A stretch of 64,000 bases of DNA from an uncultured Spirochaetota bacterium (GTDB lineage Bacteria > Spirochaetota > Spirochaetia > SZUA-6 > CAVTHK01). The notes below the pieces were generated by a model, which worked only from the letters and a program-made list of their open reading frames with translations, had not been told where the DNA came from and did no database searches. How positions within the stretch are numbered: the first letter of the stretch is position 1; each line of letters starts with the position of its first letter. The stretch spans positions 256,001-320,000 of the forward strand of contig CAVTHK010000009.1 of assembly GCA_963734495.1 (NCBI GenBank), read 5' to 3'. Below are positions 1 to 10,140 of this stretch, in pieces. The position numbers and the translations under genes are program-made.

Positions 1-1
1 C

Positions 2-349
2 TGGGTCGCGCTTCACGACGCGCTGCGCACCCTTGCAGCGCCGGTCGTGGGACCCGACAGCGCTCACGCCGGCGCTCCCGCCGGACCCGAGGCCTTCCTC
101 CTGGGCCAGGTGGCGGCCGTAAGCGTGGGCCTCCTGGACGGGCGCGTCGTGTGCGACCTCGATTACGAGCAGGATTCCGCGGCGACCGTCGACATGAACG
201 TCGTCCAACGCGACGGCGCCCTCGTCGAGGTGCAGGGTACCGGGGAGCAGGGCGTCTTCGACCGCGCGCAGCTTGACGCCCTGCTCGACGCCGCGGACTC
301 CGGGATCCGCGAGATCTACCGGGCGCAGCGCGCGGCGCTTGGCTTGTAG
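2..349 (+). CDS. rph: Ribonuclease PH, C-terminal part (5' end outside window)
   Basis: WVALHDAL...VAAVSVG...DLDYEQDS..VDMNVV..LVEVQGTGE are RNase PH motifs; frame open from base 2. Confidence 0.93.
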   Translation, partial: WVALHDALRTLAAPVVGPDSAHAGAPAGPEAFLLGQVAAVSVGLLDGRVVCDLDYEQDSAATVDMNVVQRDGALVEVQGTGEQGVFDRAQLDALLDAADSGIREIYRAQRAALGL

Positions 350-424
350 GGTCGCACTCCAGGCGCCTCGTGTCGACGCGCTGCCGCGAGGGCGCCTTCA
401 ATTTCAAATAGAAGCGCACGTCCC

Positions 425-453
425 TTGGCAGGCGCGCCCCTTTTCGCTACTCT
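425..453 (+). promoter_or_regulatory. Putative sigma70 promoter of fprA
   Basis: TTGGCA-17 bp-TACTCT, 60 bp upstream of the ATG at 514. Confidence 0.5.
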
Positions 454-513
454 GTCCGCGACTCCGCGACTCCGCGGTCAGGCGGAGTCCCATCAAGCTC
501 CACGGGGAATGCC

Positions 514-1764
514 ATGCACAACACGCTCGTGACGGAGGGCATCTACAGGCTCTCCGCCGAAGTCCGTGACACGCTCTTCGAGGGCATCTGGCCGATCCCT
601 CACGGGGTCTCGCTGAGCTCCTACATCGTCAAGGGCGACGAGGTCGCCGTCGTCGACGGCTTGTGCGGGTGGGACGGAACGCGCGAGACGCTGTCCGCGC
701 AGCTCGCGCAGATGGGCATCAACGTCAAGGACATCCGCTACGTGATCCTCAACCACCTCGAGCCCGACCACAGCGCCTGGCTCGAGCCCTTCAAGAAGCT
801 CACCGGCGACGTCGAGATCGTCGCGAGCGCCAGGGGCGTCGAGGTGGCAAACGCCTTCTACGGCCTCGACAGCCGTTACCGCTGCCGGGCGGTCAAGTCC
901 GGCGACACGATCGACCTCGGGGGCGGCAGGAAGCTCGTCTTCGAGGAGATCCCGAACGTCCACTGGCCCGACACCATCGCGACCTACGAGACGAGCACCG
1001 GGACGCTCCTCCCCTGCGACGCCTTCGGATCGTTCGGCACGATCGCGGACGATGCGCCCTTCGACGACCAGCTCTCCGAGGAGCAGCTCGCGTTCTTCGA
1101 GACCGAGGCGCTCCGCTACTACGCCAACATCGTCGCCGGCTTCTCGCTCCCCGTGCAGAAGGCCATCGCGAAGCTCGCCCCGGTCGACGTCCGCATCATC
1201 GCGCCGGGCCACGGCATCGTGTGGCGCAGGGACCCCGGCCGCATCGTGCGGTTGTACGAGAAGCTCTCGAGCTACGGCGCCGGTCCCGCGGAGCCGGAGG
1301 TGACCGTGATCTGGGGGAGCATGTACGGGATGACCGCGCGGGGAGTCGAGCCCGTCGTCGAAGGAATAAAAGCTGAAGGTATCCAGGCCCACGTCCACCG
1401 CGTGCCCGACACTCACGTCTCGTACGTGCTGGCCTCGGCGCTGCGCTCGGGGGGCATCGTGCTCGGGATGCCCACCTACGAGTACAAGATGTTCCCTCCG
1501 ATGGCGCACGCGCTCGACGACCTCGGGCGCAAGAAGATCGCGAACCGCAAGGCGTTCCGCTTCGGCAGCTACAGCTGGTCCGGCGGCGCGCAGAAGGAGC
1601 TCGACGCTCTGATGCAGAGCCACCGCATGGGGTGGGACTTCCTCGAGCCCGTCGAGTACAGGGGCGCGCCCACGGCCGCCGACCTGGAGGCGATCCACGC
1701 GAGGGGCCGCGAGCTCGCCCGCGCCGTAAAGGCCGCCTGCGCGGCGAAGCCCGCGGGCTGCTAG
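514..1764 (+). CDS. fprA: Flavodiiron protein (metallo-beta-lactamase + flavodoxin; O2/NO reductase)
   Basis: NHLEPDH, HWPD, CDAFG, PGHG diiron motifs; SMYGMT and GSYSWSGGA flavodoxin motifs. Confidence 0.92.
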   Translation: MHNTLVTEGIYRLSAEVRDTLFEGIWPIPHGVSLSSYIVKGDEVAVVDGLCGWDGTRETLSAQLAQMGINVKDIRYVILNHLEPDHSAWLEPFKKLTGDVEIVASARGVEVANAFYGLDSRYRCRAVKSGDTIDLGGGRKLVFEEIPNVHWPDTIATYETSTGTLLPCDAFGSFGTIADDAPFDDQLSEEQLAFFETEALRYYANIVAGFSLPVQKAIAKLAPVDVRIIAPGHGIVWRRDPGRIVRLYEKLSSYGAGPAEPEVTVIWGSMYGMTARGVEPVVEGIKAEGIQAHVHRVPDTHVSYVLASALRSGGIVLGMPTYEYKMFPPMAHALDDLGRKKIANRKAFRFGSYSWSGGAQKELDALMQSHRMGWDFLEPVEYRGAPTAADLEAIHARGRELARAVKAACAAKPAGC

Positions 1765-3090
1765 CGCCGGCGGCCGGGCGCGCGGCGCGAGGTCCACGCC
1801 CATGGCCGTGAGCTCGCGCTGCACCTCGCGCACGTCGAGCGACCGCGGCGTGCGGCCGAGCCGGCAGCAGAGCGCGGCGGCGACGCCCGCGGCCTGGCCG
1901 AGGGCCATCATGTTGCCCATGCTCTTGCCCGCCGCGTGGCCGAGAAACGTCGCCGACGCGCAGCGGCCGGCCACGAGCAGGTTCTCCACTCCCTTCGGCA
2001 CGAGGCTGCGGTAGGGGTAGGCGAAGCCCGATGCCATCTCGCCGATAAAGAGCTGGTTCGCGTCGATGGCGCCGTACTTGCGGGCGATCACGTCCTCGAA
2101 TTCCGCGCCGCCGCGCGCGTCCTCGACGGTCTGCACGTATTCGCCCACGATGCGGCGCGTGTCGCGCACGCCGACGACGGCCCCGGTGCGCACGAGCGCG
2201 CAGGTCTCGAGGCCGGGGATCGCCTTTGCGCGGGCGAGGCGCACGAAGTCCACGGCGACAAGGGCGCCGAAGCGCTCCGCGAGCGTGAGGTCCTGCGCGC
2301 GGCTCGCGTCGAGGCTTCCGATGCCGCGCAGCGCGCCGTTGTTCACGGAGATGACGCCGGGCACGGTCGCGCGGTCGAAGCCGTACCAGGCGGCGACCGC
2401 GTATCCCTCGGCGGCCGCCGCGTCGAAGACGGCGTCGAGCTCCGCGCGGTGCGCCCCCGCGTAGGCGAAGAAACGCTCCACGTCGGCGTTCCCGATCGCG
2501 AACACGAGCGAGACCGGCATGTGGATCCCGTCCTCCTCGCGCCCCTCCATGACCTCGGCTCCCGCGCGGAAGGCCACGTCGCCGTCGCCCGTAGCGTCCA
2601 CCACGATGCGGGCCTCGAAGCGCTCGTCGCCGCCCTTGGCCGAGACGACGACGCCGCGCAGCGTTCGGCCGTCCATGACGACACCCGTCACCGGGCTGTA
2701 GAGCCGGTAGTGGCAGCCCGCTTCCTCGAGCATCTCGAAGGCGGCGAGGCGCAGGTAGTCGGGGTGGATGTCCAGGCCGTCGGCGTTGATGGAGTCGTGC
2801 TTGCCGGGCGCCGAAGCGTCCGGCCCGTGCCGCCTGACGGCCCGCACGAACATGTCGTGGGCGCCGCCGCGCGGCCGGCCGTCGACCAGCAGCCGGTTGA
2901 CGGGCATCCACAGAGCTGCGCTCGCGACGCCGCCGAACACGCTGCGCGCCTCCAGCAGCAGGGTGCGCGCGCCCAGCCGCGCGGCGGCGAGCGCGGCGCC
3001 CAGCCCCGCGGGCCCGCCCCCGGCCACGACCACGTCGTATGCGGCGCCCGCCGCGGGCACGCGGCTCTCCACGAAGCTTCGGCTCACCAT
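1761..3090 (-). CDS. FAD-dependent oxidoreductase (FAD_oxidored family); 3' end probably shifted by a 1-bp indel
   Basis: YDVVVAGGGPAG, VDATGDGDVA, PYRSLVP..NLLVAGRC, GQAAGVAAA; no in-frame stop, but a TAG lies at 1763-1761 in the adjacent frame. Confidence 0.85.
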
Positions 3091-3116
3091 GCTGCTGCTC
3101 CTCGTGCTGCGCCGCG

Positions 3117-4514
3117 CTATGCGCCGAGCGTCTTGAGCGCGTCGCCGACTCCTGCGAGATTCGCGAGGCGCATCTCGGAGTATTTGCGCGAGAGCACCAC
3201 GCCCTGCGCCCCCGCCTCGAACGCCGCGATGACCGCGGCCTTGACGTCGGCGGGGCTCTCGTCGCGCGCCTTCCCCAGCTCCTTCTCCACCGGGATGTCG
3301 ATGTCGATCCCCGGCCAGACCTCGCACTTCCCCGCCACCCCCGCCAGCGCCCGCTTCGTCTCCCGAGAGACGTAGTCGGCGGAGAAGCCCGCCAGCGGCA
3401 GATCCTTCCAGGCCGCCTCCTCGATGTCGAGGATGCGGTAGAGGAAGCGGTAGCTCTCCTCGGGGGAGGCGTCGCGGAAGATGGTCTGGTGCAGGCTCTC
3501 GACGAAGCGCTGGTAGCGGGAGCCGGCGCAGTTGTGGTACATGACGCTCTTGATGAAGTCGGCGTAGTCGGCGAGCTCGGCAAAGTCGGTCTCGGCGCGG
3601 TAGAAGGGGGAAAAGGACTGCAGGTGCATGACGTGCCAGCCGACCTTGACGGCGGGGGTGATGGCCTTCACGGTGCCGTAGAGCTCGGCGTACATCTCCT
3701 TCAGGCCTGCGGTCCAGAACTGCTCGACTGCGAGGATCTCGGGGTGCTTGAGCAGCAGCCGCCAGAAGGTGACGAAGTAGCCGTCGGGGGGACGGACGGC
3801 GTTGCGGGCGGCCTCGAAGAAGGCGGCGAGTTCCTTGTAGCCGAGCTTCGCCCGCTCGACGTTGATGCCCTCGCGGTGCATCCGCTCGCTGCAGTGCGGG
3901 CAGAAGCAGCCGATCCCGCGCGTGTTCCAGCCGCCGCCCAGCAGATTCCCGAGCGGTCCCTGCCGTTCCGAAGCCCACGCGATGCCCTGGATCCGGTACG
4001 ACTTGACGTAGTCTTCCACCAGCGAGAGGTGCCAGTTGCGGTAGGCGGGGTTGCGGAAGCAGGGGGTTCCCGTGCGCCGGCCCCAGGGGTCGATCTCGCT
4101 CACCTGCATGTAGTTGGCCAGCATCTGCGGCTGCGGACCGTACGGGTTCTCGTTGATCCAGCAGAAGACGTCGATGCCGCGCTTCGCGGCGGCGGGGAGC
4201 ACCTTCTCCAGTATGTCCCATCCTCCGGTGTCTTCGGACGGAGCGGCGAAGTCGCGGATAAAGGTGTTGTTGTAGAACCGGGGATGGACCGTGGCGAAGT
4301 TGCCGCCGCGGAAGTCGAGGTCGTACTCCTGGCTGCCGTGGTCGGGCAGGGGGTAGCCGGGGATCTGCCGGCCGCCGGTGCCGCGGTCGAAGGTGTGTGA
4401 GGCGAGGAAGAGGTTGTTGACGCCGGCCTTTTCCTGGAACAGGTCGAGCACCGGCTCGACGCCTTCGTCGATGAACGAGATCGCTCCCACCTGGATCGCC
4501 ACAGTGCGCTTCAT
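3117..4514 (-). CDS. Uncharacterised glycoside-hydrolase-like (TIM-barrel) protein, copy 1
   Basis: 465 aa, no signal peptide; PCFRNPAYR, WASER, CFCPHC, LSRKYSEM; paralogue at 8732-10123; located in a sugar ABC locus. Confidence 0.7.
   Translation of the reverse strand: MKRTVAIQVGAISFIDEGVEPVLDLFQEKAGVNNLFLASHTFDRGTGGRQIPGYPLPDHGSQEYDLDFRGGNFATVHPRFYNNTFIRDFAAPSEDTGGWDILEKVLPAAAKRGIDVFCWINENPYGPQPQMLANYMQVSEIDPWGRRTGTPCFRNPAYRNWHLSLVEDYVKSYRIQGIAWASERQGPLGNLLGGGWNTRGIGCFCPHCSERMHREGINVERAKLGYKELAAFFEAARNAVRPPDGYFVTFWRLLLKHPEILAVEQFWTAGLKEMYAELYGTVKAITPAVKVGWHVMHLQSFSPFYRAETDFAELADYADFIKSVMYHNCAGSRYQRFVESLHQTIFRDASPEESYRFLYRILDIEEAAWKDLPLAGFSADYVSRETKRALAGVAGKCEVWPGIDIDIPVEKELGKARDESPADVKAAVIAAFEAGAQGVVLSRKYSEMRLANLAGVGDALKTLGA
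3216..3240. repeat. 25-bp exact repeat, copy 1 (CTCGAACGCCGCGATGACCGCGGCC)
   Basis: Identical to 15222-15246; palindromic core GCCGCG-ATGAC-CGCGGC. Confidence 0.85.
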
Positions 4515-4594
4515 GGATCATCTCCCCTGCCGGTCGCCGGCGACGAGCCGCTATTCTTGAGCATCCCCGCGGATCTGTAAAGTGGGCGCCGACG

Positions 4595-4623
4595 TTGACC
4601 GGCCACGGTGGCGCAGCTACGAT
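4595..4623 (+). promoter_or_regulatory. Putative sigma70 promoter of the SDR gene
   Basis: TTGACC-17 bp-TACGAT in the divergent intergenic region. Confidence 0.55.
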
Positions 4624-4670
4624 GCATGACTTGCCGGGCAGGCGAGGGTCGGCAAGGCGGGAGGTTGCGC

Positions 4671-5420
4671 GTGGGCAGGCTCGAGGGAAAGGTCGCGATC
4701 GTCACGGGGGCGAGCAGCGGCATGGGCTGGGCGACGGCAGTGGCTTTCGCCCGCGAGGGGGCGAAGGTGGTGGCGACAGCCCGCAGGCGCGGCCGGCTGG
4801 ACGAGCTGGTCGCCCTCATCGCAGGAGAGCGGGGAGACGCCGTCGCCGTCGCCGGCGACATAGCGAAGCGGGACCAGGTCGATGCCGTCGTTCATGCGGC
4901 AGCGCAACGGTTCGGGCGCGTGGACATCCTGGCGAATATCGCGGGCATCAACACCACCAACCATGAGCTCGCGACAGTGACCCAGCGGGATTGGGACGAG
5001 ACGATCGCCATCAACCTGACAGGGGCTTTCAATTGCACGCAGGCGGTCCTTCCCGTAATGCGGCGCCAGCGGGACGGCCTCATCGTCCACGTCAGCTCGG
5101 TCTCGGGCAAATGGGGGGATGTCTCCGGGGCGGCATACCAGGCCAGCAAGCATGGGCTCGCCGGCCTGGCCTACGCCACGATGTTCGAGGAGCGGCTCAA
5201 CGGCGTCCGCGTGACCCTGATTTTTCCGGGCCTGTGCGACACGCCGATTCTCGCGACTCGCCCCGTTCCGGACAGCCGGGAGCGGCTGGATGCGATGATG
5301 AAACCCGAGGACATCGCCGAGACCTGCGTCTACGTGGCGAGTCTCCCGGCCCGCGCCTACGTTGCCGAGCTGGTGATGATGCCAGGTCGTCTGCAGTGCG
5401 TCGGGCAGGCGGCGGTGTAG
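4671..5420 (+). CDS. Short-chain dehydrogenase/reductase
   Basis: TGASSGMG, NIAG, YQASK; GTG start after GGGAGG. Confidence 0.92.
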   Translation: MGRLEGKVAIVTGASSGMGWATAVAFAREGAKVVATARRRGRLDELVALIAGERGDAVAVAGDIAKRDQVDAVVHAAAQRFGRVDILANIAGINTTNHELATVTQRDWDETIAINLTGAFNCTQAVLPVMRRQRDGLIVHVSSVSGKWGDVSGAAYQASKHGLAGLAYATMFEERLNGVRVTLIFPGLCDTPILATRPVPDSRERLDAMMKPEDIAETCVYVASLPARAYVAELVMMPGRLQCVGQAAV

Positions 5421-5454
5421 CCCGGAGGCGCGTGACCACGCGTGACGATTTCTC

Positions 5455-5482
5455 TTGACATCATCCGCCCATAGGATACCAT
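5455..5482 (+). promoter_or_regulatory. Putative sigma70 promoter of ABC cassette 1
   Basis: TTGACA-16 bp-TACCAT, then SD GGAGGTGA before ATG 5514. Confidence 0.6.
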
Positions 5483-5513
5483 GCAGGCAACTCTCTTCGA
5501 ACGGAGGTGACTG

Positions 5514-6819
5514 ATGAGGAAATGCACTCGCTGTCCTCGCGGCCCTGTTGCTGATGGCGCTGCCCGTTGTGGGCCAGCGGAGGGCAGGAGTCGTCCGGGA
5601 CCGCCCTGTCCAAGAGCTCCGGTGACGCTCGCCTTCTGGGCGATTGGCGGCCGGGACCAGGCGGACGTGCTGAACCAGATGTTCGCGGACTTCAAGAAGG
5701 AGTATCCGAACATCACGACCGAGCTCACCATGAACGGCGAGTGGGAGGAGCACTTCCAGAAGATCCTGGTGGCGGTGGCCGGCGGCAGCCCGCCCGACCT
5801 GGTGCGCTCCAAGGACTTCTGGGTCGCCGAGTTCGCGTCGCGCAACGCGATCGAGGACCTCGGCCCGTGGGTCGCCCGGGAGAAGGGCAAGAACATCTCG
5901 ATCGAGAAGGAGAAGTTCGTCCCGATCCGCTGGCAGCAGTCGCTGTACCAGGGAAAGCTCTACAGCCTGGTGTGGACGACGTTCACCGAGCTCTTTCTCT
6001 ACAACAAGAAGCTCCTCCGCGACGCGGGCATCAACCGCGGCCCGGACACGTGGGCGGAGTACAGGGACTTCGCGAAGAAGACGACCGACGCCGACAAGAA
6101 GCAGTGGGGCTCGATCCTCTACACCTACAACCGCGTGAGCCCGGCCATGACCGAGTACTGGGAGGTCCTCATGCTGCAGGCCGGCGGCCCGGGGATCATG
6201 AACAAGGACATGACCGCGTTCACGCCGAACACCCCCGCGGGCCTCGAGGCGCTGCAGCTCCAGCTCGACATGATCTACAAGGACAAGAGCATCCTGCCGC
6301 CCGAGTTCGCTTCGCTCACGCAGCCGGTGGAGCGGGGCCAGATCGCCATGTGGTACGCGGGCCCGTGGCAGTTCACCGGGCTCCCCAAGAGCTTCCCGAA
6401 CCTGGAGTTCGCGCCGCTGCTCGCGCCGCAGAACAAGAACCGCGCGATGTACTCTGTCGGCAACAACCTGGTCATGTTCAAGGACAGCAAGCACAAGCCC
6501 GAGACCTGGGAGCTGCTCAAGTTCATGTTCCGCGAGGACGAACGACCTCCGGTGGAACTCGCTCGGCGGCTACCTGCCGTCGCGCGTCGAGAACCTCGAC
6601 AGGGAGCCCTACAAGTCCGACCCGATGTGGAAGGTGCAGGTCGAGCAGTTCAAGAGGCCGGACACGGCGGACCGCCCGTACCCGCTCGGGTTCAACGAGA
6701 TCCACACGGCCATGGCGGGCTGGCTGCAGAAGGCCTACTTCGGCAAGATCGGCGCAGCCGAGGCGCTCAAGGGCGCCGAGGAAGAGGCCAACGCCATGCT
6801 GAAGAAGCTCAGCAAGTAG
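5514..6819 (+). CDS. Sugar ABC transporter solute-binding protein (CUT1), frameshifted
   Basis: GSPPDL, LFLYNKKLLRDAG, PDTWAEY, GQIAM; signal peptide and C-terminus (6625..6819) lie in other frames. Confidence 0.85.
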
Positions 6820-6889
6820 GCGGCGGACGATCGCGCTGCATCCGGGGCGGGGCCGGACGGGCCCCGCCCGTCGATCTTGGGGAGCAGGC

Positions 6890-7785
6890 ATGGCGCTGAG
6901 CAAGAAGAGCCCGCAGGAACATCGAAGGCTACCTGTACATCATGCCGTGGCTGGTGGGGCTGGCCGTCTTCTTCGCCTTTCCCATGCTCGCCTCCGCGGG
7001 CCTGAGCTTTACCCGCTACGAGATCCTCACCCCGATGAAGTGGCTCGGGCTCGAGAACTACCAGGCCCTCTTCAAGGACCCGAAGTTCTACAAGTCCCTG
7101 TCGAACACCTTCTACTACGTCGTGGGCGTGGTGCCGCTGCGCATCGCGCTGGGGCTGTTCCTGGCCGTGCTGCTCAACAGCAAGCTGCCCGGGATGCGTC
7201 TCTACCGGACCGCGTTCTACATCCCCTCGGTGACCGCGGGCGTCGCCGTCGCGCTGCTCTGGACCTGGATCTTCGAGCCGCTCTACGGCGTGCTGAACAA
7301 CCTCCTCGCCGTGTTCGGGATCAAGGGACCCGCCGTGGCTGGGCAGCGAGGCGTGGGCGATGCCCGCCCTGATCATCATGGGCACGTGGCACACGGGACG
7401 GAGCATGCTCGTGTCGCTCGCGGGGCTGCAGAGCGTGCCGCCTCACCTCTACGAGGTGGTGGATCTCGACGGGGGCGGGGGCTGGCACAAGTTCTGGTTC
7501 GTGACCTTGCCGCTGATGACGCCGATCATCTTTTTCAACATCATCGTGGAGACGATCGCGACCTTCCAGGTGTTCGCCAACGCGTTCATCATGACGGCGG
7601 GAGGGCCGAACAACGCCACGCTGGTCTACATCCTCTACCTGTACTACACGGCGTTCCAGTTCCTCCACATGGGGTACGCGTCGGCGATGGCCTGGATCCT
7701 GTTCTTCATCGTCTTCGGCCTGACGCTTCTCCAGGTCTGGGGCTCGCGGCGGTGGGTCTACTACGAGGGCGTGAAAGCGCGTTGA
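6890..7785 (+). CDS. Sugar ABC permease (MalF/UgpA type), frameshifted
   Basis: WLGLENY, YRTAFYIPSV, LQSVPPHLYE..DG, MGYASAMAW across ORFs 6942 and 7360. Confidence 0.88.
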
Positions 7786-7801
7786 ATCCGGGGGAGGTGC
7801 G

Positions 7802-8692
7802 ATGAGCGGCTCGAGGGCAACGTGTTCGGCCAGGGCCTGCGCTGCGGCGTGGCGCAGCAAGCGGACGAGGCGGGTCGTGAACGCCGTCCTCGTCTACCTC
7901 GTCCTCACGTGCGGGGCTGTCGTCTTCCTGATCCCGTTCTTCTGGCAGCTCACGAGCGCCCTCAAGACCAACGCGCAGATCTTTGTCTACCCGATCGAGT
8001 GGGTGCCGAAGCCCTGGGTGTTCGACAACTTCCCGCAGGTCTGGAGGGTGCTGCCGTTCGGGCTGTTCTTCCGAAACACCGTCTTCGTGACCGCGTGCGT
8101 GATCACGGCCCGGCTGCTCGTCAACACCGTCGTGGCCTACGGGTTCGCGCGCAAGGAGTTCTGGGGCAGGAACGTGCTGTTCATGATCCTGCTGGGGACG
8201 ATGATGATCCCCTACCAGGTGACGATGATCCCGCTGTTCATCATCTTCCGCTCGCTCAAGTGGATCAACACCTTCGCGCCTCTGACGGTGCCGGAGTTCT
8301 TCGCCCACGACGCGTTCTCCATCTTCCTGATGCGGCAGTTCTTCCTCACGATCCCGAACGAGCTCGAGGAGTCGGCCGTCCTCGACGGCGCGCGCTCGTT
8401 CCTCGTGTTCCGCAGGATCTACCTGCCGCTCTCCAAGCCGGCGCTGGTCAGCGTGGGGATCTTCGCCTTCATCAACACCTGGAACGAGTTCATCCAGCCG
8501 CTCATCTACATCAACTCGCCGAAGAAGTACACGCTGACGCTCGGCCTGCGCCTGTTCCGCGGCGAGTACACGACCGACTGGAACCTGCTCATGTCGGCGA
8601 GCGTGCAGGTGATCATCCCGTGCCTGATCGTCTTCTTCCTCACGCAGCGCTACTTCGTCGAAGGCATCGCGCTCACGGGCATGAAGTCGTAG
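7802..8692 (+). CDS. Sugar ABC permease (MalG type)
   Basis: FLMRQFFLTIPNELEESAVLDGA (EAA loop), QRYFVEGIALTGMK. Confidence 0.92.
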   Translation: MSGSRATCSARACAAAWRSKRTRRVVNAVLVYLVLTCGAVVFLIPFFWQLTSALKTNAQIFVYPIEWVPKPWVFDNFPQVWRVLPFGLFFRNTVFVTACVITARLLVNTVVAYGFARKEFWGRNVLFMILLGTMMIPYQVTMIPLFIIFRSLKWINTFAPLTVPEFFAHDAFSIFLMRQFFLTIPNELEESAVLDGARSFLVFRRIYLPLSKPALVSVGIFAFINTWNEFIQPLIYINSPKKYTLTLGLRLFRGEYTTDWNLLMSASVQVIIPCLIVFFLTQRYFVEGIALTGMKS

Positions 8693-8731
8693 CTCCTGCG
8701 TCCAGCACGACAACGCTCGGGGGTAAGCAAC

Positions 8732-10123
8732 GTGGCAGAGGCATTCATCGCGATCCAGGTCGGAGCCGTCTCTTTCGTCGACGAGGGGGTGGACCCGCTG
8801 CTCGACCTGCTGCGGGAAAAGGGCAGGGTGAACGCCCTGTTTCTCGCGACCCACTCCTTCGACCCCGGGCACCGCGTCGCGGCAGCTGCGCGGGCCACCC
8901 GCTGCCGGACCATGGAGCGCAGGAGTACGACGACCTCGATCGGCGGCAACTTCGCGACGACCCACCCGCAGTACTACGGCGGCACGTTCATCAAGGACTT
9001 CGCGGCGCCGGACTACGGCCCGGCTTCGACATCCTGGAAAAGGTGCTTCCGGGGACGCGGGCGAGGGGCATGAAGGTCTACTGCTGGGTGACGGAAAGCC
9101 CGAACTACAACCTCGCGAAGATCCTGCCGGGCTTCGTCCACATCGCGGAGATCGACGCGCGCGGCCGGCGGAATACCAAGCCGTGCCTGAACAACCCCGA
9201 CTACCGCAACCTGTACCTGGGGCTCTACGAGGACTACGTCAAGTCGTACCCCGTGGACGGCCTCGCGCTCTGCTCGGAGCGGATGGGCGTGCTCGGCCGG
9301 CTGATGTCGGGAAGCTGGGGCGACTCCGACGCCCTGACCTGCTTCTGCCCGCACTGCCGCGAGCAGGGCAGGGCGATGGGGATCGACCCGGAGCGCGCCC
9401 GCCGCGGGTGCCTCGCGATCGGTGACCTGTTCGCCCGCGGCGAGCGGGGTGAACGCGTGCCGGACGGCGGGTTCGTCTCGTTCTGGCGCACGCTGCTGGA
9501 GTATCCCGAGATCCTCGGCTGGGACTCCATGTTCGCGAAGAGCCAGTTCCGCCTCTACCGCGACCTCTACAGCACCGTGAAGACCGCGAGGCCCGAGGTG
9601 CAGGTCGGCTGGCACGTGATGCACCTCAACTCCTTCAGCCCCTTCTACAGGGCGGCGCAGGACTATGCGGTCTACGCGGAGCTCTCGGATTTCCTCAAGC
9701 TCGCCCTCTACCAGCACTGCGCGGGCCCGCGGTTCGCGCGCTTCGTGGACCTGCTGGAAAAGAGGGTCTTCCGCGGCGCGAGCAAGGACACGATCGTCCG
9801 CCTGCTCTACGAGACGCAGGGCCTGCGACGAGGCGCCGTACGACAAGCTGCGGGTCTCCGCATTCGGCCGCGAATACGTGCGCGGCGAGACGGCGCGCGC
9901 GATCGAAGGCACCGCCGGCCGCGTCCCCATCTACCCGGGCATCGGGATCGACGTGCCGACGGGGCCCGACGAGCGCAAGACCGAGCCCCGCGACGTCGAG
10001 GAGGGGATCCGCGGCGCCTTCGAGGGCGGCGCGAAGGGGATCATCCTGTCGCGGAAGTACAGCGAGATGAGGCTGACGAACCTCGAGGCCGCGGGCCGGA
10101 CCCTGCGCGACCTCGGCTGCTAG
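8732..10123 (+). CDS. Uncharacterised glycoside-hydrolase-like protein, copy 2, frameshifted
   Basis: IAIQVGAVSFVDEGV, PCLNNPDYR, CFCPHC, GWHVMHLNSFSPFYRA, LSRKYSEMRLTNL match copy 1; split over several frames. Confidence 0.72.
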
Positions 10124-10140
10124 GACGAAGGCGAGGCGAC

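Noticed and set aside
493-4521. 1342-aa ORF as a giant multidomain protein
   Set aside because: Only 1761-3090 is a real FAD oxidoreductase; the rest is an off-frame shadow of the GH-like gene and antisense of fprA
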